64,000 bases of DNA from a virus (lineage: Duplodnaviria; Caudoviricetes): positions 193 through 64,192 of IMG/VR virus record IMGVR_UViG_3300006116_000001; one strand, written 5' to 3'. Made by a program: the position numbers and the translations under genes. Below, one piece after another: positions 45,726-55,665 of the stretch. The first letter of the stretch is position 1, and each line of letters starts with the position of its first letter. The notes under the pieces are model-generated. The model saw only the letters and a program-made list of their open reading frames with translations, did not search any database and had not been told where the DNA came from.

Positions 45726-46435
45726 TTGGTTAAGTTGGAGGCGCTAGCAGCGACCGTCGATTGAGCCGCGGCGTTAGAGCTGGGAGCTGCACCGGTCAAG
45801 GGCTCGCCGACCGTGGCTGCCGGGCTGCTCCACTGCGGCGGATCGCCTGTGGTTTTTGAACCATTGGTAAAGCGTTGCATTAACGAATTTTGAGCCTGTT
45901 GCGCCGCCTGCGTCGTTACGAGCGGTTGAACGAAGTCCCATTGCCAATGGGTCTGAGGTTGTTTGCTGTCGCCGCCGGGAGTGACGTCACGCAACGTTTG
46001 AAGAAGGCAATCGGTATAAAGGTAGGCCGGCGTCGCGACGTTGTATGTGCCACTGAGCTGCGTGTGCAACGCCAACGAAGACTGAAGGGCTGAAAAGATC
46101 GAGGTCTTGTTGTCGTAGCCGCTGTCCGTCTGAGCTGGGGCGATCATCAAAAGACTGACGCTCAAAGGCGAGGTGATAATGCCGTTGGCCGCCGTCGCGA
46201 TGTTAACAAACGGGTAGGTTGAAAACTGATTGCTGAGGAGAAGAGAGCCGGGCAGCGTGACAAAGTGTGCAAAATAGCCGTCAAGGTTTTCAGGGTCCGC
46301 GCCGCCTGCGTTGGCAGCAATCGACTGCAGTAACGAAGAGATCGGCAGCAGGCCGCCCGAAGACTGCGAGGCTATCCCGTTGACCAGCGTGATCGGGCTG
46401 ATCTCGTAGGAGAACTGCCAAGACGTGCGGCTCAT
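45722..46435 (-). CDS. Tail tube initiator/baseplate-proximal protein
   Basis: Immediately after the tape measure gene; ATGA-coupled. Confidence 0.6.
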   Translation of the reverse strand: MSRTSWQFSYEISPITLVNGIASQSSGGLLPISSLLQSIAANAGGADPENLDGYFAHFVTLPGSLLLSNQFSTYPFVNIATAANGIITSPLSVSLLMIAPAQTDSGYDNKTSIFSALQSSLALHTQLSGTYNVATPAYLYTDCLLQTLRDVTPGGDSKQPQTHWQWDFVQPLVTTQAAQQAQNSLMQRFTNGSKTTGDPPQWSSPAATVGEPLTGAAPSSNAAAQSTVAASASNLTK

Positions 46436-48246
46436 TGCGGCAGCTGCGAGGCCTGAACAGCGACCTGCGCGCCCGCCGGGTTGTGGATGGTGACCGTAAT
46501 GCCCGTCGTCTTACGGACATAGTCCTGCGTCTCTTTGGGAGCATAGCGCAGCCAGTCAGCGCCGTGGGCCTTGATGTCCTTTTGCAGGTTGCCCTGACCC
46601 CAGTTGTACGCTGCCGCAACCTTGGCCATGTCGTTATGAAACATGCGCATTAAGTCAGCGATGTAGTGCGCTGCGCCTTGGGCCGAGGAGTTCGGGTCAA
46701 AGGGGTTGACACCGTATTGGCGGGCTGTCGGCCCCATAAACTGAAACGCCCCCATGGCGCCAGACTTGGGGTTTACGGCGTTTGGGTTGCCACCTGACTC
46801 TGTATGGAGGATGTTTTTAAGAAAGTTGGCTGAAACACCCCAAGCCTTCGCTGCCGCGTCGACGAGCGGTTGCAACGCACCATAGTTGGGGCCGCCGGGT
46901 CCCCAAGGGTGCTTAAGGGCTCCAGTCGTGTTGGTTAGAATGCCATTAGGGCCTAACGGGTCGTGGACGTTGAGATTGGTCACGTCCACCTGCCTGGCCT
47001 TCAGCTGAGAGGCGATCGTTTTAACAAAGTCAGAGTTGGCAAACGTCACGATGGCGTCGGTGATTTCACCAAACTTTGCGATGCAACGGTCAAGGTCTTG
47101 TTGAAATTTAGGCGTGCCAAGATACTTGGCGAAGGCCTCTAGGCCACTCGTCGCGATCTTAAGAAAATTGGCGAAGGGTTTTGAGCTGATGAGGGCGACC
47201 AGAACGTCGCCGAGGCTCTTGGCGAGGCCAGAGAGCGGGCCGGTGAGGCTGACGAGCTTGTTGACGAGGGTGTTTTGCACCTGAAGTCCCGCCATGGACA
47301 TGGTTTGGGCAAAGGATTGCCATTTCATGTTAACTTCGTCTTGGACCTTGAGCGTCTTCTTGCCCTGATCATACTGCTTGATGTGCTGGCGTAGCTCGTC
47401 GCTGCTCATCTCGCCCAAGGCGCGCAGAGTATTGTCGTCAATGTTGTTGCCGAACCGCGCATGGGCCATGGCCAGCGCGTTCTGGCTGTTCTTAATCGGC
47501 TTGTAAAAGGCTTGAACCGCTTGCAACGTCGGGCCGAGCAAGTCGGCCGCATCTCTGCCGTTCGGGTTGATACCGAGCGAGTGCCAAAGGTAGCCCTGAG
47601 ACGGATCGCCCTTGGCGTTGGCAAGGCTTTGCAATAAGCCGCCAACGTCAAAGTTTTGACCGAGCGTCAGCTGAGCGCTTTGCAGCTGGCCGGTCGAGAC
47701 GCCCAAGCCGAGCGCCTGCCGGCGGCTGGCTGAAACATTCTCCGCTAGGCGGTCGATGCCGAAAAGGCCGCCGGCCCCTAGGAGGCCGGAAACTATCCCA
47801 CCTATGCCCACTATCTTGGCCAGGCTGCCGACCGCGGAGGCCGTGCCGAGGGCCATGGACTTGGCCGCCGCGGCCATAGCCTTGACCTCGTTCTTTTTGG
47901 CCTGCAGGCGGCGGATCTCTTGTTGGTCGCGTTCTTTTTGAGCCTTGGCCGCCTCGCGTTCGGCCTTGTCCTGCTCTTCAAACATCTTCTTTTGGTCGCG
48001 GAGGATCTCGCGCTGCGCTAAAAGCGCCTGCGTCATCTCCGCAAAGCTCTCGACCGTGCCGCCGACGTTTTTGTCAAATTGCGACCACTCGCCGGGGAGG
48101 GCCTTCACCCCAGCTTGATACTTGTTGAACTTTTCCATGAAGCGCTGAAACGACGCATCTTGGACATCAACTTCAATGATTGACCGCGTAGCGATGTGAC
48201 TGCCCTCACAAGCGGTTGGCGCCAAAGGCTGCCTTGAACAACTCAA
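46432..48246 (-). CDS. Tape measure protein with C-terminal SLT lytic transglycosylase (start uncertain: TTG 48246/48225 or ATC 48195)
   Basis: Helical Ala/Gln-rich body; HTESGGNPNAV...GAMGAFQFMG...AAAYNWG. Confidence 0.88.
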   Translation of the reverse strand: MSCSRQPLAPTACEGSHIATRSIIEVDVQDASFQRFMEKFNKYQAGVKALPGEWSQFDKNVGGTVESFAEMTQALLAQREILRDQKKMFEEQDKAEREAAKAQKERDQQEIRRLQAKKNEVKAMAAAAKSMALGTASAVGSLAKIVGIGGIVSGLLGAGGLFGIDRLAENVSASRRQALGLGVSTGQLQSAQLTLGQNFDVGGLLQSLANAKGDPSQGYLWHSLGINPNGRDAADLLGPTLQAVQAFYKPIKNSQNALAMAHARFGNNIDDNTLRALGEMSSDELRQHIKQYDQGKKTLKVQDEVNMKWQSFAQTMSMAGLQVQNTLVNKLVSLTGPLSGLAKSLGDVLVALISSKPFANFLKIATSGLEAFAKYLGTPKFQQDLDRCIAKFGEITDAIVTFANSDFVKTIASQLKARQVDVTNLNVHDPLGPNGILTNTTGALKHPWGPGGPNYGALQPLVDAAAKAWGVSANFLKNILHTESGGNPNAVNPKSGAMGAFQFMGPTARQYGVNPFDPNSSAQGAAHYIADLMRMFHNDMAKVAAAYNWGQGNLQKDIKAHGADWLRYAPKETQDYVRKTTGITVTIHNPAGAQVAVQASQLPQ

Positions 48247-48336
48247 TCAAGTGACGCTGGCGATAGTGCTGAGCGTCGGTGTAGTCTAGCCCCGCCTCGC
48301 GGCAAAGGGCTCCGAAGCCAGGCCCCGAGGCCCAGC

Positions 48337-48900
48337 TCAAGATGGAATGGACGACCGTTGAGCCCTCATTGGAATAGGCTCGGCAGGCGTCGACGTCGGC
48401 AAGGAATTCCTGTATTCCAACAAGGTTAAGGACGTGACTTGCGCACCCCAGAGCTTCGACACCCCGCTGAGCACCTCCTCCAGGTCCGTTTTCTTGTGCA
48501 TATGCGAGGCCAGCGTAAAAAAAGCCAAGGAGTTAAGGACCTCGCTCTCGTCGTCCTCGTTGATGAGGCTTTCACGCACCACGTCGTCCCAGGGCTTTGT
48601 CGCCCACCCTGACGGGGTCGGCATTAGAACGTTGGTCAGGCGACGGATTTCGTTGAATATCGCCTCGACCTGGTTTGGCAGGCCCATGTCCTCGCCCACG
48701 ACCCGCATATACATGGCCGCCAGCCTTGGACCAGTAATCGCGCCGCCTTCGGAATAGAGCAAAGCGAAGGTCTTAGAGAAAATGCGGAAGTTGGCCTCAA
48801 AAACCGCCCGTGGGATCGGCATAGAAAAAACGTAAAGCGTGCCATGATCCTGATCGATCGGCACCACGAGGTTCAGCTGGCGGTTGATGTGAAGGGTCAT
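48337..48900 (-). CDS. Tail assembly chaperone (possible -1 frameshift extension to 48206)
   Basis: Between tube and tape measure genes; -1 frame open 48532-48206. Confidence 0.7.
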   Translation of the reverse strand: MTLHINRQLNLVVPIDQDHGTLYVFSMPIPRAVFEANFRIFSKTFALLYSEGGAITGPRLAAMYMRVVGEDMGLPNQVEAIFNEIRRLTNVLMPTPSGWATKPWDDVVRESLINEDDESEVLNSLAFFTLASHMHKKTDLEEVLSGVSKLWGAQVTSLTLLEYRNSLPTSTPAEPIPMRAQRSSIPS

Positions 48901-49334
48901 GACCAGAGGTTGTTGTTAATGAGGAAGTAGCCGCCGATGGTCACCACATAGCCCGGATCTTCGCCAGCGAAGTTTAACTCGCCGACGTTCTCGATCGAGG
49001 TGTTGTAGAGGTCATAGGGGGCCAGGGTCGAGACGTCCGGGTTGACGGTGCAGGGGCCGAGGACCGCGTTGGTTTGACGCTGCGTTTCCCAAAGCTGGGC
49101 AAACGATTGCGTTTTGAGCAGGTGGATCGTTAGCGTGCAGTCTTGATATGGCTCAGGGCTTGTCACAGCCCCCGTCATGGTGCCGAAGCGCGCCGTGGCC
49201 GCCCCACCAAAGCTCAACCGAATGCCCTCGCGCCCTAGGTAGGAAGGTGTGACGTTGAGCTGTGGGTAGTTGACGAAGGCGACTGTGCCACGGAGCCGAT
49301 TTAACACGCCTTGCTGAATGAGCGGATTTGCCAT
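48897..49334 (-). CDS. Tail tube protein (DUF3277-like)
   Basis: 145 aa, directly after the sheath; QGVLNRLRG...SPEPYQ. Confidence 0.75.
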   Translation of the reverse strand: MANPLIQQGVLNRLRGTVAFVNYPQLNVTPSYLGREGIRLSFGGAATARFGTMTGAVTSPEPYQDCTLTIHLLKTQSFAQLWETQRQTNAVLGPCTVNPDVSTLAPYDLYNTSIENVGELNFAGEDPGYVVTIGGYFLINNNLWS

Positions 49335-49347
49335 TTAATTCAAACCC

Positions 49348-50733
49348 TTACACAAATTCAGTAACGTTGAGGTTGAAGATGATATACAAGAAGCCATTTT
49401 GCGTGGCTACTGAGGCCGCAAAACCGCCGTATTTGCCGATGGCGTAGTTGCTGGGGTTCTCAGCGGTATAGACCAGGAATGGCTCAGCGTTGATCACCGC
49501 TTGACCAATGTAGGTTCCCTGCTCGATCGCCACGGCAAACTGCGCCGCAGGCAACGCGGTCTTAACAACCGGCCCGAGCAACAAGCCATAGCTGACGCCG
49601 TTGGTCAGAGTGTTGGCCGCCACGTTTTGTAGCGTGTTGATGCCGTTCTGGTTGTAATAGAGCGGGGCCTGAGGGTTGTTGCTGCCGTTGATGACAGCGT
49701 TGCTGATCGCGAGATCGAGGTTGATCTGCGCCCAGTCCACAGCATACCAGAAGTTGAAGCTATTGCCGTCAGGCATGAGCCCGTTGCGCAAAATCGTGTT
49801 GGTGAGGCCGCCTTCTGAGCCGGTTCCGACGTAGTTGCCGTAGGCTGCGAGGATCGCCGTCAGCGTCGCTGCATTGTTTGCCGGGTTCCATGCCGTCACG
49901 CCATAGAGGTAGGAGAAGGCAAGCGGCGTCACTTGGTTCGTGGACGACGGCGCGTAGGTCAGCGTGACGTAAAACACCGCCGCCATAGAAAACTCGGTGG
50001 CCCCGATACCCGCCGCCTCAACCAACCAGGGCGCAGACTTGATGCCAGCATAGTTGGCATAGTTTGCTGTCGTGGTGGTCGTAAAGAAATAGGTCTTGGC
50101 CGAAACCGCCGTGTAGTTGTTGATGGTCGTCAGGTAGGCGGCATTGGCGTCAAACTCACGCGGCACGAGGTAGCTGTAGATGGTCGAGGGGTTGGCCGAG
50201 ATCCAGGTATTGAGGTTGCCGACCGCTGCCGTGGTCGTGCTTTCACCCAGCTCAAGAAGCCAGACCGAGGTCTGTGAGCCTTGGGCAAAAAAGGTTGTGC
50301 CCATCTGCTTAAGTTCGGTCGCGGCCCACAGCTGAAAGTTGCCGAGGATTGTCGCCGCGCCAGGGTTGCTGGCCAGGGGGTAGGTAAACTGCGTAGATGA
50401 GGTGATGGTCGCCGTGACGGGGATGCCCGCCGAGGTGTTGTAGCCCGCCGGGGTGCAGCCGGCGATGACCATCAAGACGGTGTCGCCGATGTTGTAGCCG
50501 TGGGCCGAGGCTGTTGTCGCCGTAACGGTGCTGCCGGACCAAGTCAAGGCGGACAGATTGCGTGCCGGGGCGATGATAGCAGTCAAAGCGGCAAGTGAGG
50601 TGAGCAACGTCAGGCTTTGAGGGGCCTTGGTTGAACCGCCCACCGAAACGAACGCGCCAGACTGTTGCAGCGTGCTGGGAGCCGGCGGCAGCGTGACGGT
50701 TGTATTGACGACTGTAATGGGGTTTACGGCCAT
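49348..50733 (-). CDS. Tail sheath protein (DUF3383-like)
   Basis: 461 aa; FNFWYAVDWAQIN...NPQAPLYYNQNGINTLQ. Confidence 0.82.
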   Translation of the reverse strand: MAVNPITVVNTTVTLPPAPSTLQQSGAFVSVGGSTKAPQSLTLLTSLAALTAIIAPARNLSALTWSGSTVTATTASAHGYNIGDTVLMVIAGCTPAGYNTSAGIPVTATITSSTQFTYPLASNPGAATILGNFQLWAATELKQMGTTFFAQGSQTSVWLLELGESTTTAAVGNLNTWISANPSTIYSYLVPREFDANAAYLTTINNYTAVSAKTYFFTTTTTANYANYAGIKSAPWLVEAAGIGATEFSMAAVFYVTLTYAPSSTNQVTPLAFSYLYGVTAWNPANNAATLTAILAAYGNYVGTGSEGGLTNTILRNGLMPDGNSFNFWYAVDWAQINLDLAISNAVINGSNNPQAPLYYNQNGINTLQNVAANTLTNGVSYGLLLGPVVKTALPAAQFAVAIEQGTYIGQAVINAEPFLVYTAENPSNYAIGKYGGFAASVATQNGFLYIIFNLNVTEFV

Positions 50734-50771
50734 TGTCCTCTTCTTTCAGAAGCTATGGTTGAAGAGGGAAA

Positions 50772-51386
50772 TTAAAGCGGGTTCTCTTCCCACATCATCG
50801 AACCGACGAAGCCCGAAGCGGGGCCGGCGATGTTGGTCGCGATGCAGACGTAGCCGCCAGGCGGAATGATGATGGAGCCGTCGATATTGACGTTGACGGC
50901 GAATGATGTCGTGGCCGTAGGAGCCTGTCCAAGGACGCGGAGGTAGGCAGGGGTGCCGACGAGCGTACAAGCGCTGTCCGCCAACCCCTGAAGCGTAGAG
51001 GTGACGCCGAGAACGCTGGCCAACGGCGTGAGCGCCGTTGTGTGGGCGGTCACGCCGCCCGCGGCATAGCCGCCGGCCAAGAACATGGTCGTGATGGTCG
51101 AGGGCGCAACAAGCAGCGACGCGGAAACGTTCAGCACAGCAAGGTTGACCGTCGACGTCGCCGGGTTGCTCAAGCACAGGCCAACATAGGTCGTGGCGAG
51201 CGCCGCAGAGGTTGTGACGGCCGAAGGGTTGGCGACCACGCCAATGTTGCCGGCGTAAGAGGGTTCGTAAAGCAAACCGTGGCGCTGGCTGACGAAGAGG
51301 CTCTGTTGAGCGCCTGCGCGGAGCGGCTTAGAAACCAGCGCCTTGTTGAGCGCAAAGCCAAGCGTTTGAATTGGAGACTGGGGCAT
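50772..51386 (-). CDS. Beta-rich structural/decoration protein
   Basis: 204 aa, Ala/Thr/Val-rich, inside the structural operon. Confidence 0.55.
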   Translation of the reverse strand: MPQSPIQTLGFALNKALVSKPLRAGAQQSLFVSQRHGLLYEPSYAGNIGVVANPSAVTTSAALATTYVGLCLSNPATSTVNLAVLNVSASLLVAPSTITTMFLAGGYAAGGVTAHTTALTPLASVLGVTSTLQGLADSACTLVGTPAYLRVLGQAPTATTSFAVNVNIDGSIIIPPGGYVCIATNIAGPASGFVGSMMWEENPL

Positions 51387-51454
51387 GGGTTAAGCTTTCT
51401 CGCTGATTGAGCTGCGGAGCAGTCGGCCTTGGGCTGCGTCGGACCGGACGACGG

Positions 51455-51904
51455 TTAGAAGCGGTAGGCTACAAAGGCGTGGTTGTTGGTTGCGGCGACC
51501 GCCTTGACGGCGTTGGTTAAGCCTGCCGGCAGGTTAAGCGTAACGCCAGCCTTGACCTCGATCGTCGTGCCGTTGGCGCCAGGCGTCGCTGTTGCGGGCG
51601 TGTTGATGTAGTCGACGAAAAGACTTTCGGTGGCCGTTGCGGGGTTGGTGATGACCGCGCCGCCGATAATTGAATTGGCCGGAAAGACCGTGACAGGCGA
51701 ATTGCCGATCAAAACAGCAAAGGCCGAGGCAGCGACCGCCGTCACGTTCGCCTGCGAGATGAAGAGCGGGTTGGCGTTGCTGATCGCCGCACCCAAAACC
51801 TCCGGGACCGAGTGCAGGGTCAACGTTGTGCCGTTAAGGTCCGCCTCAACGTTGTATTGAGCGCCAGTGCCGTCAAGAACAATAAAGGTCGTCGTGGTCG
51901 TCAT
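51455..51904 (-). CDS. Beta-rich structural/decoration protein
   Basis: 149 aa, inside the structural operon. Confidence 0.55.
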   Translation of the reverse strand: MTTTTTFIVLDGTGAQYNVEADLNGTTLTLHSVPEVLGAAISNANPLFISQANVTAVAASAFAVLIGNSPVTVFPANSIIGGAVITNPATATESLFVDYINTPATATPGANGTTIEVKAGVTLNLPAGLTNAVKAVAATNNHAFVAYRF

Positions 51905-51908
51905 GCGG

Positions 51909-52904
51909 CTAGCTGACCTCTAGGGGCGTGTAATAGGTGCTGACGAGCGCGTTTTTAATCAGCTGACGGCTTTGGTTGAGGATGCTCTGCTGATAATAGC
52001 TGACGACAAACTCAATGGTCTTTTTCTGAGCAAGCGTGCCAAACTCGACCTGAGTTTGCTTTTCATCGCGAATGATTGGGTCGTTCATCAGCCCAAGCAG
52101 GTCGCTGTTGGTCATGTAGCCAATTACGTAGTCGTAAAAGGCCATGATCTTGGCGTTGTTCAAGCCATAAAGAGTCAGGCGAACGTGGTCTCTTACAAGC
52201 TGATAATGGCTGTTAACGCTGTCATTATAGGCGATCGCTTGCAGGGCTGCGGTTGAGCTCGGCTCGATATGCACCGCGCACCAGGGTGGCGTGATGTTGT
52301 CCGGCACAGCGAACGAAGGGTAGATCGGGACCAGGCTGTTCAGCGTCAACCAAACGGGCAGCGAGTTCGAGACGATTAGCGAACCATCAGACAGCTGCGA
52401 CAGGCTGTCGACCAACTGCGTCGCCATCGAACCATAGATGGCGTTGCCTTGGTAATGAAAGAGGCCCGCCTGACGGTAAAGCATTCGCCGAACGGAAAAG
52501 GCGAACCTTATGCCGTCAACTTCGCCAACGTACATTGTGTTGGGGTTGGTGGCCGTTAACGCTTCAATCTCGACCTTGCTGGTGAAAACGACCGAATTAC
52601 GGCTGTAGCTGCTGTCTTCAGTTTGTTGTTGCTCGGTGGAGTAGTGCAGGGAGCCTTGGATCGAGAACTGTGAGCCTTGGTTGTTTTTCGTCGCTGCTGT
52701 GTTCGAGAGCGAGTTGACGATGGGCGTTGGTTCGCTGAACAGACTGGCGTTCACCCAAAAGATGTAGCCATCAAGCGGCAGAGCCACCCTTTTATAAAGG
52801 GTGAAGGTGACCGTTTGGTCTTGTGAGATCGTGTCAATGCCGGACGCCAGGGCGGCGGCCATCTGGCCGCCTGCGGCCGCGGCGGTTGATTCTTGGATCG
52901 TCAT
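51909..52904 (-). CDS. Head-tail joining/tail terminator-type protein
   Basis: ATGA-coupled start at 52904; position before the sheath. Confidence 0.6.
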   Translation of the reverse strand: MTIQESTAAAAGGQMAAALASGIDTISQDQTVTFTLYKRVALPLDGYIFWVNASLFSEPTPIVNSLSNTAATKNNQGSQFSIQGSLHYSTEQQQTEDSSYSRNSVVFTSKVEIEALTATNPNTMYVGEVDGIRFAFSVRRMLYRQAGLFHYQGNAIYGSMATQLVDSLSQLSDGSLIVSNSLPVWLTLNSLVPIYPSFAVPDNITPPWCAVHIEPSSTAALQAIAYNDSVNSHYQLVRDHVRLTLYGLNNAKIMAFYDYVIGYMTNSDLLGLMNDPIIRDEKQTQVEFGTLAQKKTIEFVVSYYQQSILNQSRQLIKNALVSTYYTPLEVS

Positions 52905-53356
52905 ATCTTGTCGACCCAAGCCTTCATGGATTGCTCATAAAGGGATGTGTCGATGAAGCTAGGCCGGCGCGCCCCGCGTCCCTTTTTGAAGCGCTTGGAT
53001 CGGCCTTCCAACGCCGCCTTTGTCGGGATGGGGCTGATGCCCCGCGTTCCGCCCGCCAGGCCTGAAAGATACTCGATCTCGCGATCTTCAAGAAAGCTGT
53101 GAAAGCGCTTTTCGATCTTATCGGCGCCGCCGTTGAAGATGTCCGCTGGGTCAACCGATTGGCCCATCAGCATGGTCTCAAGCGAACCCTTGAGGCTTTC
53201 CGTCAGATCGTCAGCGATCTCTTGGCTGTGGGCCTCGTAAAAGATGCCCATGACGCTGTATTTCTCTTCGAGGATCTCTGCGACCTCGCCTGTGGTCGTG
53301 CCTTCCTTACTGTCGGCGTAAGGGATTTCCAACACGCCAAGGTGCAAGGTCGTCAA
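52901..53356 (-). CDS. Neck/tail completion protein
   Basis: TTG start overlapping the DUF4054 stop; RPSFIDTSLY motif. Confidence 0.65.
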   Translation of the reverse strand: MTTLHLGVLEIPYADSKEGTTTGEVAEILEEKYSVMGIFYEAHSQEIADDLTESLKGSLETMLMGQSVDPADIFNGGADKIEKRFHSFLEDREIEYLSGLAGGTRGISPIPTKAALEGRSKRFKKGRGARRPSFIDTSLYEQSMKAWVDKI

Positions 53357-53853
53357 GTGAGGCCCCAAAGAGTGCCGATGCTAGAAGCGATGCCGAGGTA
53401 GGTCTGACCCCAAGGAGTTTTAAGGTTCTGAAGCTGCGCCAGCGTCAGGCCCTTCATCTGGTCCACAACGTCAAGGCTTACGCTTGATCCTTCATCAGAG
53501 GATGAAGCAACAACGCCGCCAGTGAACTTGCCAATGCCAAACTGAATGCGCAGAGCTTGGAAATATCCAACCTGCGCCGGCAGGCCATCAGCAACCGGAT
53601 TTGGGACCAAAGGAGCGCCATAGATGTCCTGCGCAAAATTGATGACGCGGTCGGCAGCAAGGTTGTAAACCGCCAGGGTGTACATCAAAGGGGCGTTTGG
53701 ATAGGGGGCAGTCTGCAGCTGCAAATTGACCGTCGCGATAGCGACGTTGTAGGCGTCAGATAGAAAGGTGGAGTTGGTCGGCAGGTTGGCGGTTGGGATT
53801 GAGGTCGCGGTGTAAAACCACGTTGTGAAATCGGCTAGCGTTGGGCCACCCAT
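53353..53853 (-). CDS. Head-tail adaptor (DUF4054-like)
   Basis: YTLAVYNLAAD...GVVASSSDEGSSV...LKTPWGQTYL. Confidence 0.8.
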   Translation of the reverse strand: MGGPTLADFTTWFYTATSIPTANLPTNSTFLSDAYNVAIATVNLQLQTAPYPNAPLMYTLAVYNLAADRVINFAQDIYGAPLVPNPVADGLPAQVGYFQALRIQFGIGKFTGGVVASSSDEGSSVSLDVVDQMKGLTLAQLQNLKTPWGQTYLGIASSIGTLWGLT

Positions 53854-53968
53854 CGTCCATCGCCTCGCGCACTACCATTACAACCAAGCAAATAAAAACC
53901 CAAAGAAAAAGCGAGATGAGGCCGCCAATCAGAAGCCCCTCACTGAAGCCTCTATCTCGCTTTTCCAT
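53756..53968 (-). CDS. Small membrane protein inserted in the neck module
   Basis: TM helix GLLIGGLISLFLWVFICLVVMVV; 3' end overlaps the DUF4054 gene. Confidence 0.45.
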   Translation of the reverse strand: MEKRDRGFSEGLLIGGLISLFLWVFICLVVMVVREAMDDGWPNASRFHNVVLHRDLNPNRQPADQLHLSI

Positions 53969-53973
53969 CGCCC

Positions 53974-54546
53974 CTAGGCCGCCTTACGCGGCCTGCCCCT
54001 CACGCGTTGAGCTGGCTGGTTGGCCGGCGGCGGCCCGTTAATGCCGTCCGTGCGAACATGATAGCCCTCGGCAATGGCCTTTTCGTCAGCCTCCGAGACC
54101 TCTTCCTGCTCATACTCAACTGTGAATGACTTCGGTTGCTCTTGCGCAACGTTTTCGACCATGTTGTTGAGCGCGATCGCCGCCTTTTCACGCCGTTCAC
54201 GGCCCTCTTGGACCTTGATGCCGGAGTTGTAGTTGTGCACGCGCAAAATCTGGTCCGCGGTCACAGGCTTGTCGATCGAGTATAAGAAGGTGACGAGCGT
54301 TTTTTGACGGCCGATGTCTTGCACCGGAAGCGCGCCATAGGGCTCAATCTGTTGAATGATCTCGGAAATCGAGCCGGGGTCAAGGTTCAACCCACCGACA
54401 GGCCGCTGTTGTCCCCGAGGAATGTCGGTGAAGTTGTAGGCAGCGCGGAGCGCGCGAGTGTCACCTTGGCCATCAGGATTGAAGGTCAAGCGGTAACAGA
54501 CGCGCTGCTCCTGCCTAGTCACATTAGCTACGAATAGCTTACCCAT
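53974..54546 (-). CDS. Hypothetical virion-module protein
   Basis: 190 aa directly after the major capsid gene; basic tail RGRPRK. Confidence 0.65.
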   Translation of the reverse strand: MGKLFVANVTRQEQRVCYRLTFNPDGQGDTRALRAAYNFTDIPRGQQRPVGGLNLDPGSISEIIQQIEPYGALPVQDIGRQKTLVTFLYSIDKPVTADQILRVHNYNSGIKVQEGRERREKAAIALNNMVENVAQEQPKSFTVEYEQEEVSEADEKAIAEGYHVRTDGINGPPPANQPAQRVRGRPRKAA

Positions 54547-54581
54547 TGTTGAAGATCCTTGCTGCTAAGGACAGTTGAAAA

Positions 54582-55604
54582 TCAGGGATACGGAATGCTG
54601 ATCAACGTGATCGCGGTCGGGCGCACCGGCCAGCCCGAGGTCACGCGCCACTCGGTCAGGAAGTCAGTGGCGCCACCAGCCATCGGGCTCATGATCTCGC
54701 GCGGGGCTGCCATGTCAGCGTACTGCGTGAAGTTGACCGGCGAGCCTGGGGTAAGGTCGGCAAACACGTTGGTGTTGGTCGGGCCGCGGCCCTCTGGCTT
54801 TGCCAGCTCCGGCATGATCAAGATGACCATGTCAGTGCCGCCTGAGCCCGCGCCGATGAGGGTGTCGTCATAGGCCCAGGTGAGCTTGTCCTTGTTCTTC
54901 ATAAGGACTTGCTCAAGGGTCTGCGCCGTGGACGCAGTACCAGCGCCCTCACGTTGGAACTGCGTGAGCTGAACGACGTTGTACTCAAACAGGCCGAGCG
55001 TGCGCTGCGGGCCGAGGATCGTGAACTCCCGCCCAATACCCATTTGAAGGGTGCGGGTCTTGAGCTGCTGGATTTGCTGCATCAAGAAGAACGCCATGGC
55101 GCCGTTGTCGTAGCTGGTTGCCGTAGTGTTGCCGTTGGGGTCCGGAGGAAGGATGACTGCCGTTGCACCTTGGGCGTTGATGAGGCCTTCGCCGTTTTGA
55201 GGGTTCATGCCCTTCAGCGCAGCGTCACGAGCCAGCTGGTTGTGGCCCTGACGCAAGCCAAGGCGATAGGCCTCAACCGCCGAAAAGCCCCAACGATTGG
55301 CCGCCGCGACGTCGTGGTGGTCGAACGCCGCCCGCGCCTTAAAGAGATAGGTCGGCGTGTTCAGCATTTGGGTGCTGATGTCGACGGTCGGCAGCTCATT
55401 GGGGCTGGCCGCGCCGGCAAGCATCCGCGTGCGGAGGTTGATCTGCTTCATGTAAACGAAGAGATCATCCTCAGCGATCTTGACGCGGAGCGCCTTGCCC
55501 GCAAGCGTGTCAGTGAAGCCCGAGGCTTGCGAGTACTGAACAAGAAATTCAGGCTCGATAAAGGCCGGGTTGGTGATGACGTAGGCCGAGAGCTGAAGTG
55601 CCAT
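54582..55604 (-). CDS. Major capsid protein (HK97-fold, DUF2184-like)
   Basis: ATG at 55604 with AGGAG RBS (track start is too early); 340 aa; follows the decoration gene; WRVTSGW.VRP.AI terminus. Confidence 0.8.
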   Translation of the reverse strand: MALQLSAYVITNPAFIEPEFLVQYSQASGFTDTLAGKALRVKIAEDDLFVYMKQINLRTRMLAGAASPNELPTVDISTQMLNTPTYLFKARAAFDHHDVAAANRWGFSAVEAYRLGLRQGHNQLARDAALKGMNPQNGEGLINAQGATAVILPPDPNGNTTATSYDNGAMAFFLMQQIQQLKTRTLQMGIGREFTILGPQRTLGLFEYNVVQLTQFQREGAGTASTAQTLEQVLMKNKDKLTWAYDDTLIGAGSGGTDMVILIMPELAKPEGRGPTNTNVFADLTPGSPVNFTQYADMAAPREIMSPMAGGATDFLTEWRVTSGWPVRPTAITLISIPYP

Positions 55605-55665
55605 TTTTATGAGTCTCCTAAGAGGACAAGGTTGAGTTGCCCTCTCGGGCGGGGTTGATGGGGCG

